Origin: Moniliella sp. 'wahieum' | Lineage: Eukaryota | Reading direction: 5' to 3' | DNA: 64,000 bases | NCBI GenBank assembly: GCA_003971905.1 | Contig: RSEE01000056.1 | Span: forward strand, 124,001-188,000 | Shown: piece after piece, positions 48,446 through 59,892 of the stretch | How the letters are laid out: every line of letters starts with the position of its first letter | How positions within the stretch are numbered: position 1 is the stretch's first letter | Notes under the pieces: model-generated | Seen by the model: only the letters and a program-made list of their open reading frames with translations | The model's database searches: none | What the model was told of the DNA's origin: nothing | Program-made: the position numbers and the translations under genes

Positions 48446-50343
48446 CTAGGCGATCGGGCAAGGCGACCAGGCTACTGGCCAGGCCTTGTCGGGCGAAGAG
48501 AGAGGTAATAGACCGGCTTGGGCTTCGTAGCGAACCGTGGCGAGGTGAAGGCGGATCCAATGGTACGCCGCATACGGTCGCCAGGTCGGGGGGAGTTTGG
48601 GTGCGTTACCCATCCACCAGGGTGCATGGGCGGAAGAGGGACCCATCCCCGTCGCTCCCATGTCCGTTGCCATCCACCCTTCTTCGTCCCCGTCTAGCCG
48701 GTTCCGATGGCTGCAGAGGGACAGGGGAGGAGCGTGGGTGCTCGTGCTGGGACACAAGCTGAGATCGGAACGGAGCGCGAGCGCCCGCGCATCCGCTACC
48801 AACCACTTGTACCACCCTATGCTGATGGGGATGGTAGATGCGTGCCAGAGGGCATGAGCATCGAGCGCCCGGCCAAGGGGCGGGAAGTCACTCCATTCCA
48901 GAACGACCGAAACGAGAAGACCGACACCAAGCCAGAACAGCTGAATGCGTCGCTGGGAAAGAGGAACAAGTTGCTGTCCCTCTGAGGCGGAAGTGGACGT
49001 GGACGTGCCCGACGCAAGCGATCCAAGCGACATAGGAACCATGTGCGAGGCCGACCCGGGAGATCCGGGGGACGGAGTTCGGTCCTGCGCTTGCGTCTCA
49101 CGCGCAAGCTGCAGTGACAGTTGACGCCGGTGCGTACCAGAGGGACTCGTGAGAGGGAGGGAAAAGCAGGTGGAAGAATTGGCCTTGTGTAACGCCGAGG
49201 GATGGCGAGGGAGATCGGAGACCATTTGAGAATCATGCTGCCGAAGAGGGGCATCGATGTGCAGCGACTCCATCATCAACGGGGCACTCGAGGTCGTCGT
49301 CGGGCTACGGTCCCGGTGGGCCTGCTCTCCAGGGAAAATTGAGGGCTGAGCGGCATAGAGAAGCAGGAGGGGACTTGGACCAAAACGAGCAGGATATTGA
49401 TGGTTATGTTGTAGCCGTAGTTGAACTGGCCAAAAAAGAAAGATGAGAATGTGGAACACGTAGGCAATCCCAAAGTAATGTCCCAGCCGGCGGAACCGCA
49501 GCTGAGATGAGGCTGGTGATGTTGATGGTAAAGCAGACACGGGGGAAGGAGGAAAGGAGGGTGTGGACGCATGAGTAGATGTGTTGGTAGAGGGTCGGGA
49601 AGAAAGACGCAACAAGCGAGCCAAAATCAAGAAGGTGAGATGGAACAAGACCGAACTGGCTGACATGAAATCCAGTTTCTCAGTCCACCAACGAGTATGG
49701 GCATGGAAATAACCGACCAGAACAAGCGTGGGCGGCAAGAAAGGTGTGTAGGAGATAATGGTGTTTCAGGGGGAAGTGTCTGGTGTCCGGCTCCAAAGGA
49801 GATGCATCCCCCAAACTGGGCTGCCAGGTTGCCCAGACTAAACAGCACGCTGAGTGGTTCCTGCGCCGAAAAAACGCGGACAAAGACCCACCTGCCATGA
49901 TACTTGACCATCCTCCTCTGAATTTCGGGCAAGGAAGCCAGTCGAGCCGCCACCACGTCCTCCTCCCGCGCTGTTGTCCGTGTGGCCAGTAGGTCGGGAC
50001 TGGTCGAAGTAAATTGGAGATGAACGAGGTGACGGATGTGCTCTACGCGGGCCTCGGCCTGGTTGGTCAGTTGGTGGGTGCAATGGTAGGCACAGTCGTC
50101 GCGGCAGCTCCAGGAGGACAGACGCTGGGCCCAGGAGAGCTGCTTGGGGTTGCGTTCGGGACGGCCAGTGCGGCCGTCGTCCACACCATCGGGGCCACAC
50201 ACGTCAGCGTAGCAGGAGGATACACAGCTCTGGTACTCGGGCGCCTGGTCGCCAACGGATGCGCGGACAGTGGGAGCGGCGCTAAGGCTCGCCAAAAAAA
50301 GAGCGGCGGCACAGAAGAATGCAGGAAAGCGACAGATGCGCAT
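48446..50343 (-). CDS. PER1: Per1/PGAP3 GPI-anchor remodelling protein; frameshifted
   Basis: Signal peptide then ASVGD..EYQSCVSSC, WSCRDDCAYHC, KYHGRWVFVRVFSAQEPLSVLFSLGN, TEKLDF, DFPP..LDAHALWHASTIP; end uncertain. Confidence 0.92.
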
Positions 50344-51022
50344 TGTGCGGGGCACACGAGTGGCAGGTGCTGTCGGGCCACCTGGGAGAGAATGTACGGG
50401 AGGGAACGGAGTGGGAGAGGATGAGCGGAGGAAGAGGAGGCCTTGCTGAGAGAGGCTGACGAAAAGAAGGCGAAGGTCGGCGTGGGCGCAAGACAAAAAA
50501 GGACGATGCGGGGGGAGGGGTGGACGAGACGTGGATTGAATATTGAGGCACCAAAGAGACCTGAGACGGCGAGGCTGCCTGTGTACTGACTGAATGTCAT
50601 CGAGGCTGTCACGCCAAGAGGACTGGGCGAGCGAGCTTCGCTTAGGCGGTGCGGTGGGGCAGCACCCTTGCTGGGTATGAAACTGCGTGGCCAAAAAGAC
50701 ATCACGCGTGCAGAAGATCAGTGGGACCATCGATCATCGCTCAGCCTACCCCAGATACGCGCCGCCTGCGCACTGCCCCAGCCCCGCCGGCGCCCCCCGC
50801 CTGCCCGCTCGTGCCCACCGTCTCACATGGCCAGTCTAGCTAGCCGATACTCGTAGCCACGCCTGCCGACGCGCTGTGGCGGATGGGTTCACGCGCGTTC
50901 ACGTTGAACGCGTTGAACTGGTAAGCGCTTAGGCTAAGCGCTAAGCCTTAGCGGAACCCGTGGAGGCTTGGCGTGAGGCTCACGCCGAGCACCTCTCCCA
51001 GCAGCGCACAGCTTCGCTGGAG

Positions 51023-51077
51023 GCTTCAAGCTTCAAGCTCCAAGCTTCAAGCTCCAAGCTTCAAGCTCCAAGCTTGA
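51023..51077. repeat. 7-bp repeat (GCTTCAA/GCTCCAA) x ~8 with alternating 14-bp higher order
   Basis: gcttcaa gcttcaa gctccaa gcttcaa gctccaa gcttcaa gctccaa gcttga. Confidence 0.95.
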
Positions 51078-51816
51078 CTTATGCTTCAGAGCTTCAGATG
51101 TCCCATGGCTGGCTTCAGCTTCCCCGCCTTCTCCCTGCCTCTTCCGGCGCGCTTCCCACCCCCACCGCCCCACCCCTCTTCCCCGATCTGGGATCGGCAG
51201 ATCTCCACCCTTGTCCACCCCGGCCCCATCGTGCATCGAATCCCGTCCCTCCTTCGCTGCCCAACAGAGCTCCACGCTGCCCCACCGCCGCCCAGTGCCA
51301 CGTCACATGTGGCGCACATCACCCGTCACGCATCAGCACTGCCTCCGGCTCAGGAGCTGCACTGCTCCAGTCTGCGTCCGGCATCTGCAAGTTTCAATCC
51401 CAACTTGGATCTCCGCTTAAAGCTGCAAGTTTCAGATGTCACCCTTCCCTGGTGGTGCCATCCGTCACGCGTCCCCACCCTGCGCCGCCGCCATCGCCCA
51501 TCTTCCCAAACGACACAACCAACGTCCACCGTCCAACACGTCTCCATCTTACCCACACTATGTATGGCCAACCAGCAACATCCTCCCCACCGCACTGCTA
51601 ATCTGCCAAGGCTTAGCCTTCAGCTTAGGCCTCACTAGTCACTCAGCCTTTGTGTGCTTTGCATGATAGACACCATGCAATAGTACGCGCCAACAAGCGC
51701 CTCATCCACTTCATCATCAGCTGATCGTTCAGGGTTTTCCAACTCCACCCGCATCCACCCATCCACCTCTCTCTGCGAGCCCGTTCCGTCCGCCGCCTTC
51801 TGCGCGCCCTTGCGCA

Positions 51817-53447
51817 TCAGAACGAGGTTGCTCGTTCCCGGAAGATGCCCACCACAAGCGCAAAGCAGAGCGGAAGCTGCAGCACGGCAATCGCAAATAG
51901 GAACTGGATTCGCTTGGAGCGCTGCGTGTGGGTGATTGTCACGCTGCTCGCCGACGACGGGTCAGGCAGGACAACGTAGCGAAGCGAGCGCAGAGTGAAG
52001 AACGCATTGGCCACCGTTGCGTACAACCATACGCCCCAGTACACCCACCCGCCCGGGCTCAGCAGTCCTAGCAGCAGCGTCACCAGCGCGCCAACAAACT
52101 TGTACCCGCTGTACGCCACCAAGTCCACCAGTGTCGTCTCACTCTGTACGTTGAGCAAGTAGTTGCCCAGCCACACCACCAGCACTTCGGTCCCGATGAT
52201 CCCCATCGCCCAGGAGGCCGCGATGCCGAGCACTTGGGTAGTAAACTGCGAGTGCACCCCGCGGATCACAGCGACGAGCAGAACGTACGTGACGAACGCC
52301 ATACCTACCACCCTACCTGTCAGTAAACCATAGAAATGTTGGGCGAGGGAAGGGGGGGGGGGGGGGATGGGGATAAGACAAAAACGTACTGGGAATGTAC
52401 AGATCGGGTGAATTGACATCTTCTCGCGGGGGGGCGTAGCCTTCGGACGACTTTTGTCCGGCTGTCGCATCACTCATTCCTCCACCATACACCGCGGATG
52501 CACTGGTATGACGCTGCGAGCGCGACCATGGTTTGTGCCGCCAAGGGAAAAGGACCAAACGAAGCTTATGGATCACGTAGCTGTTGGAAACGTTGAAGGA
52601 ACGCTTGAGCGAAGGCCCAGAAAAGAACCGACTCCATTGTTGAACCTGCATCATACGCCGTCTCCTGGGTCAGTAGCGTGACTAGCGATGGGGACGCTGG
52701 AACCCCGCCCCCAGGCCCTCCTGGCCTCTTCCTTCAAAACACGAGGGTGCGGTGTCACGACGTACATTTTTCTGCATGTAGCTCCCACCCGCAGCGACAA
52801 ACTGGGCGCCGATCTGCATGCCGATCTGGGCGGATGGATCCATACCTTGGATTGCGCCTGCCGGGAGACCCCAATTGGCAAACCCGCCGGCCTGCCCATT
52901 CGAAGCCGAAGCAGATGCACTCGCCGTACCGCCCGTCATATCTCCGCCCAGCGAGCCGGTCATGCCATTCATGTTGTTGCTCATTCCCATCGGCACCGAT
53001 CCGTCCAAGGCGCGGTTGGATTCCACGCCGCCCATGCCCATTGAGCTCATTTGACCCATTTGACCGCCCAATTGGCCCATTTGACCAGGCGCGTTGGCCA
53101 TCGTAGGGTAATACCCTCCCTGCTGCACTGATCCGCCAAACGAGCGGGCGGCCGAGGCAGCGGCGGTCGAGGCGCCGCCATACAAGCTGTTCTGGATGGA
53201 GGGCGAAGCGTAGCGCACGTACCCACCAGTATGGGGGTGCGCACCGGGACCCGGGACAGGCAGGCCAGCACCTGCCAAGCCTCCCTGCCATGGATGCGAC
53301 GCGCTGCGACGCTGTCCGACGGCGAGGTCTGGGAGCTGGTGCTAGCGGTCGGGGTAGGGGTGACGGGTAGCTCGGGCTTGCGTGGCGGGGGGTGGGGACG
53401 GGATGGCGAAGGGGCGGCGGCCCACGTGGCGCATAGGGATTGGCCAT
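51817..53447 (-). CDS. YIF1: YIF1/Hrf1 ER-Golgi transport membrane protein; two introns (~52650-52762, ~52310-52389)
   Basis: YMQKN, LKRSFNVSNSYVIHKLRLVLFPWRHKPWSR, PPREDVNSPDLYIP, MAFVTYVLL, DLVAYSGYKFV, NAFFTLRSLRYVVLP. Confidence 0.95.
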
Positions 53448-54239
53448 GCTGCGGAGTGGGCAGGGGCAGTGGTGGTACGCACGAGCGATGTGGGACCGAG
53501 GCTGGCTGGCAACTCCCACTCGCCTCGCAGCGCCGCTCGGGGGTGGCTGGCGTGGCACCCTGGATATGCAATTGCACAGACAGCTTCGTGCTCATCACAC
53601 GCTCCCACCGCCCGCCTGCGCCCGTTCCGCCCGCTCCGCTTCCGCCCCGCGCCCAAGTGAACATTTCATGTCGTCCCGCTTATCCCCTCTCCAGCACGAG
53701 CGCCATCCCCCGTGTACTTTTGCCCCCCACCACACTATAGATGCACACAGGGTCAATTCTCTTTGGCAGACGGCTTCATTTGGGATGGACCACAGCGATC
53801 TAGAATACGAGGGGTGTGAAGGTGCCCGGAATGTGTATGGCCTTTTGTGTGGTTACTATGCCTGAAGAGAGGGGACCGTCGTCGAGCGAGAATTGAAGGT
53901 GGAACAAAATTAGTAGGATGAACTGAGGTGGATAAGTAGGTGTGGGAGGGCTTGGGCAAGAACACAGTGTCTGTTTCTTTGCTAACATGGGTAGGCGCTA
54001 TGATACGGCGTGATGAATATGTAGTGCACAACAAGGGGGGACACGGAAGTAAGAAAGGGAGTCAGAGTCAAGGCTTTTGACGGAGGAACAGTGGAGGAAC
54101 ACGACAGGTACGAGGATGTGTGACGAGAGAGGAAGACCAAAAATGCAGCTGTACTGCTCTGCAACCAGGGAACAGTGTGCCACGAGAGAGGAAGTTGAGA
54201 GAAACCGGTTACGAGAGATGCGAAAATTAAGATGAACTA

Positions 54240-54857
54240 CTAGGGAGCAGCCAGAATGCCTGTTGTAGGAACGGAGACCAAGGAGGTAGGCCTCGGAGGT
54301 AAAGTGTAGGGGAACCCAAGAGAAGCTCTCGACGTCGCTTTCCCACTAGTCTGGCGTGTCTCGCCCCACGGGCCCAAAAACGGTACGCTAGAGTAGCGGG
54401 TGCGAGAAACAAACGTCGCCGAGACGGGCTGGTTCGAAACGACGGGTGGGGGGAGAGGTGCTTTGGACGGCCGGCAAGGATAGCACATCCCTCCCATATC
54501 ACTCTGACAACCCCGCACGAGTGCGGCTGGCATTCCCAGAAGAGGGGACCGGGTTGCCCCTCGATGAGAAACCCGGGGGCAAATCGACGGTGTAGCCGGG
54601 TTGTCGGAATCGTCACTCTGTGTCGACGCCGAGTCCCGCTGCTCGTCCGTCAAGGAACTGCGGAACGAGTGAACGGAGCCACAGCGAAGTGTGAGCCGTC
54701 GCGAAAACAACAAGTTGGATACGTCGGGGACCTGCAAACTGCCCGCGTCTGAACCACGACAATCGGTAGAACAGTACAGTTCGCGAGCAGCCGAAACGGG
54801 TTTGGCACAGACGGTGCACACGTCGGGAAGCCAATCCGTGTCGGCTTGTGCTTTCAT
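54240..54857 (-). CDS. Ecl1/2/3-like (chronological lifespan regulator) Cys4 zinc-motif protein
   Basis: CTVCAKPVSAARELYCSTDCRGSD matches the CxxC..LYCSxxC..D pattern of S. pombe Ecl1-family proteins; Ser-rich tail. Confidence 0.7.
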   Translation of the reverse strand: MKAQADTDWLPDVCTVCAKPVSAARELYCSTDCRGSDAGSLQVPDVSNLLFSRRLTLRCGSVHSFRSSLTDEQRDSASTQSDDSDNPATPSICPRVSHRGATRSPLLGMPAALVRGCQSDMGGMCYPCRPSKAPLPPPVVSNQPVSATFVSRTRYSSVPFLGPWGETRQTSGKATSRASLGFPYTLPPRPTSLVSVPTTGILAAP

Positions 54858-57800
54858 CAGGGCTGCATGAACTTCGGTGCTGGACCGCTTTGGCCGACGC
54901 GGCCGAGGCCCAGAATGGCGAAGCTTGCCCCCTTCTCCCAGTCCCGACGCGGGGGTAGATGGGGCTGCTGGTTGCGCCTTGCTCAGTGGGCCGTTTTCAA
55001 CGTGAGGAGGAGAGGGATCATGTTGATCGGGCAGTTGTGGCTGGTTTGGGGTTGCTCACCAATTTGGGACGAAAGGGTGGCATCCATCATGGTAGTGTTG
55101 GGGGAACCCCTCAAATCGGTATAATGGTAGTTGTTTCGGAAGGATGTGCGGAAGGGAAAGTGTTTGGTGTTCTCGACTCGGTTTGAGCCTGGACTTTTGA
55201 AAAGGTCTGGACAAAGGGAATAGGGAATGAGCGAGGGACTTTGGTGGGCGATTGAGAGTATGGAATGGTACGATATACTCTTCAAACAGTGAGGGCCCAT
55301 AGGCACGAGAAGCAACATAAGGTGACCTTACATTATATGCATAATGCATTTTCCGCGTTGAGCGCTTCTCGTCTACAGATCTCACACCAACCACCGTGGG
55401 AGAGTGAAAGTAGCGCATTGGCACCGCGCCGAGTGCCACAGATATGAATGTCACAGTGATGACTAATCACTATCCACAAGTCACTAGTCACATTTAACAG
55501 TCACTGTGTGCGATAGCATTTGTGGTCCCGTCACGACAGTGTCACTGTGGGTCACGGCTTGGGGGGCACAAGCGAGGGGCGAGATGGGCGAGATGCCGAA
55601 AGACGAGACGGCGCACGGCGCAGGAGGTGTCACAAAAAATCTCGTTCTTCCAGGTATTAGCCTGTAAGCAAAACACACTTGGTTGTTGCGGACGTTGTGA
55701 AACGCAACAAAGCAATCCACACCCTACATTAGAGGGCCGACCGATCAGTATACTTGCTGCTGTTACAGAAAACATTCTCAAACAGAGCTGGATGTGAAGG
55801 AAAAGAAGACAAGGCGCGAGGTGGAAGGAATGTCAGCAGGCGTATACGGACTATCGAGTGATGAGAGATCTGAGACCACAAAGGTACGCTCGGATGATCA
55901 AGAATGGAAGTGGAGACCAACCCTGTGAGACTCGGCACAAAAGGGATGAGCTTGCGTATGATACCGGGGAAGGTTTTACGGCTGGTACCAGGTACACGAA
56001 AAGATGGTGGAACCTGGAGAAGGAGCTGCTTCGACTGGCGTTCGCCTTTATTCGAGAGCTCGTCACATGTCACAGAAATTCAGTGCAGTTTATTGTGGCC
56101 CCCCGGTCCACAACGCACCCTATCCAGCATCTCATTTGCATGATTATGCATTATCGACATAATCGATATATTATCGCACCTGCTGGGGATCAGGTTCAAG
56201 GAACCACCTCAGGCCTGAAGGACTCAGGGACTCAGAATCCACCAGTCACAGACGCCACCACAATGAACGTACTGATGAGTACTGAGTAGTACTGATGCAC
56301 CTCTGAGGCCCTCTCAGATTCATATACCTCAGGCCTATCCGGACCAGTACCGCTCAGACTCAGAGTAGGCAAAGCATCATATAGAGCTTGTAGCTCGAAG
56401 CTCGAAGTTGGAAACACTTTCTGCGCGCGTTCCACGTTTCGGTGACATGTTAGGTGTTATCTATGGAGATAGGCTATAGTGTCGCGTGAAGCCTGAGGTG
56501 CGCTCACAATGGCTATATACCTTTGTGTCCGTAGTAGCACTGGTTGTGGAGAGGCGCAAAGATGTGGCGTGCGCTATGGTAACAAGCACACACGATCACG
56601 TCTCCTTCCATCTCCCCTTGTGCAAGAGGAAAAGCGTTTAGTAGTCCCAAACGTTCGACACCCCCCGTGGCTATGTATAACTTCGCGTCAAGCCAGTGCG
56701 CGCTCGAGGCCATCACGTGAATCACTCGGCGAATGTGCCCATGTTTCACAACTCTTCCCTATGCTCGATCTGTTGTTATAGTAATAGAGCACGTCTTAGT
56801 AATGTATGGAGAAGCCAGTTTTTAATGCTCGAGCTATACTATAGTTCGACTATACAGTTTTTGCAGTGGTCTTTTCTTCCGTGGTGACTTTACTGGCTGA
56901 CTCTCCTCACCTTTTGCACCGTGTACCTCACATCTATTGCTGTGTCACATGTCACATGCACTGTCAGCGCACCGCTACTTGTACTATCGTTCACGTTCCT
57001 AGTCTTCCCCCGGGCCGCAACAAGCCGAAAAATATAGGAACCCCACCCCGTTGCTGTGACGTGGGGCTTCGGCTTGGGCATATATAGCTCCCACTCGACT
57101 TGTGTGGACATCTAGTGCCTCGCCTGTGGTGCACTGCTTCCTTGACCCTGTGGCCGCCACATCAGTGGGACAGTTGTGGCCCTGTAGCCGCCATCTGTGA
57201 CTGACATGCGGGGTCGTACGGGGCGAGTGTTACACTGGACGATTCTGCTCCGAATCAGCGGGGCCATTGAGCCAGAAATTAATTCGGCCATGGCAAGAAT
57301 ATGGAGGGCAGTGCCTCGTTGCCAGGCAGTGACGTGGAGTAGCGGCGGCGGTTTTGTTGTGGAAAAAAAATCAGATCGGTCATGCAAGAATGGGGGCCAG
57401 GGCCTCATCGATGGCCAATGCCGCTGTGTAGTACCCAGCAGTCCCACCAATCCATCCTCCTGAATCTGAGCCCGTTTCCGGTGCACAGCAGGTAGTTCAG
57501 CCCCCCACAAGCGATGGGGCGGATCACAACTCAAAGCAGGGCCGTGGCAGATGCACTTGGTGGGCAACAGGCCCCCGCCCCAACGTCAGGTCTGAATGTG
57601 CGGATCAAAGTGTGGACAAGTCAGGTTGGTCTAAATCCAACGGAGACTGTCCGGCGTGTCGGCCAGGGCGGTGTCCGGCGGTGCGACACGGGCTGCATGG
57701 GTGGTAGGATGAGTGCGGCTCTGGTGGTGGTGCTAAAGGCTGTGGCCCAACGGATCTTCAACCTGTTCGCCTCTCCAAGCCTAACCCTGCTCTCCAGCTT

Positions 57801-58381
57801 GGAACGGCGCCTTGGACGAAACACTTGCCTGGTACAGCAAAGTAAGGGGAACATGATGCACCTATATACTTCATCTACCCAGAGGTCTTCTTCCATAACC
57901 TTTGGATTGTCGAGACGTGCTACCCAAATATATTCGACGCCCCAGTGTCACGACGGATGCCTTGACTGGGGTCGTCTCGTTTTTTGTCCGGTCCAGATCT
58001 CAATCCGGGCTGGTGTCACCAGTTGGGCATCGGCGTCAAGCATCTGATGTCTTTGTTGGGTTCTCATCTGAGGGAGGACAGCACCCCCTCTACTGGAACC
58101 TCCTGGCGCATTTCGCAATAACGAGATAAACTAACTATAATAGTAGACTTGTCTCAGCTATTTGAATCAAGGTCTCCTGTAATTTTCTTCTTTGTGGTGG
58201 AATCGCAGCCTCATGTCTGCATTTCCGAAAATACGTTCTTGCTAATCGAAGGTCGAGTTCTGATACAGAGGAAAGGTTGAATCACGAAGCTCGCGGTGCT
58301 CGAAGCCGTGGTACGATCTATATACACAACGCATATGTATATCTGGGGGTAATTGCAAGCCTGGCCGCGGAGAGATTCTCA

Positions 58382-59710
58382 ATGGCAAAAATGAAACCTG
58401 CATTTTCTGTCGCTTATAACGCGGGTGCAATGCCAATGAAGCAGCCGCACCACGCCGCACCACCTCCCCTGTTGAATTGGAACCAATTCCGCCGCAGCGG
58501 AACCGCCAAATTTTTCGGACAATGCTAACCAACTCCCCCACTCCATTTGCCTCTACCACCACCAGCAGCCATGCCGGCCCAGCCAAGGCGATCAGCAGGT
58601 GCAGCGCGCCCTGCAGTGCGCAACGTACCAGCCGCTTCTGCTCACACAACCACCAGTGCGCTTGAATCTGCTTCTGACGTGGCCTCCGACTCGTCCGACT
58701 CGTCCGACTCGTCCGGCTCGGACTCCGACTCAGACTCCACTTCGGATGCAGACTCGGATTCGGATGCCTCGTCCTCGTCCACGAGCGATGCCGAAAGCTC
58801 AGAGCTTAACCTTGATACTCTCATACTGCCACTGAAGCGAGCGAGTCGCTTTCTCGAGAAAAGCAAGAACGCATGGCGGCCTCCCATGCGGCCTTCGCTA
58901 CGGAGGATATGATTGGCTTTGACGAGGCACCCTCCAGCGAGGGGGCCGTCGACGCAGCTGGCCAGCTTCCCCCGCTTCCCCCGCCCAAGGAGACGGAAGA
59001 ACAAATCAAGAGCCTCGCAGCACAGTACACGGCTTCTCATCCTAGCTTGGGCCAAACCATGGCCCAGCAGTCCGTCGCGGCCCATGGGTCAGACCGGACG
59101 CGACTCGACTGGGCCTTGCCCAAAAGACAGCGAAAAAAATGCGGGCAGCCGAACGCGCCATGACGGCAGGCAAGAAATGGTATGGCATGCCTGCTGTCAT
59201 TCCTGCTGGTGGGCCGGCTTCGCGGTCTCTCACTGGTCCTTCGACGACCGACCTAGCTCGGAATGGGGATCGGTCCTTGCTCAGCAAAGGTGGCGCGGCT
59301 GCCGTCGCGGGCGATGCGCGCTACCAAACCGCTGCCGAGATCCGAAGGAGATGGTGGCGATCCGGTTGCGCAACGCAATGGATCCCAAACGGTTCTTCCG
59401 TGGCCATCAGAAGAAACTCGACATTCCGCCCTATGCCCAGATTGGTACGGTGATTGCCTCGGCCTTTGCACCTAGGCAGCAGCTTGGACGGGGCGAGCGG
59501 GGCCGGACTGTGGTGGAGGAAGTTATGCGTGACTCCCAGACCACTGAGTATGCACGACGAAAAATGGCACAGGTAGGTTCATCGCTTTCCAGTGGCGGGG
59601 CGAGACTGACGCTAACTCCCCTTTCTTAGATGTCGTCGGCACGCACACCACGGGGGCGGACCAAGTACCGCACCAAAGGCAAAAAACAAAAGTCATCGAG
59701 CCAGCGCTAG
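58382..59710 (+). CDS. FCF2: rRNA-processing protein Fcf2; intron 59573-59629; start uncertain
   Basis: TAGKKWYGMPA, AIRLRNAMDPKRFFR, PPYAQIGTVI, RGRTVVEEVMRD..EYARRK; acidic Ser/Asp N-terminal tract. Confidence 0.9.
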
Positions 59711-59892
59711 CGCCACCATCATACCAATTCCATCCTTCCTCCGTTTTTTAATGGGATCGTTCCATCATGATGCATGATATCTACAGCTCAAACGGGCACA
59801 TGAGAGCGGAGGGGAGGGGGGGGGGGGAAGCTGTCTCCAGAAAAGATAATTGTCCAGCAGGCAACAGAAGCAGTGTTAGATCTCAGATCAAG

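Noticed and set aside
54857..54868. ATG-CAG-CCC-TGA uORF overlapping the ECL1-like start (TGATG)
   Set aside because: Cannot be distinguished from a 1-nt assembly indel in a longer N-terminus
56272..56300. CTGATGA followed by a GTACT/AGTAC stem, hammerhead-like
   Set aside because: The required GAAA after stem II is absent; it is a palindromic microsatellite
57781..57790. CTAACCCT as a telomerase RNA template
   Set aside because: Only 8 nt, lacks the full TAACCCTAA; no supporting structure seen
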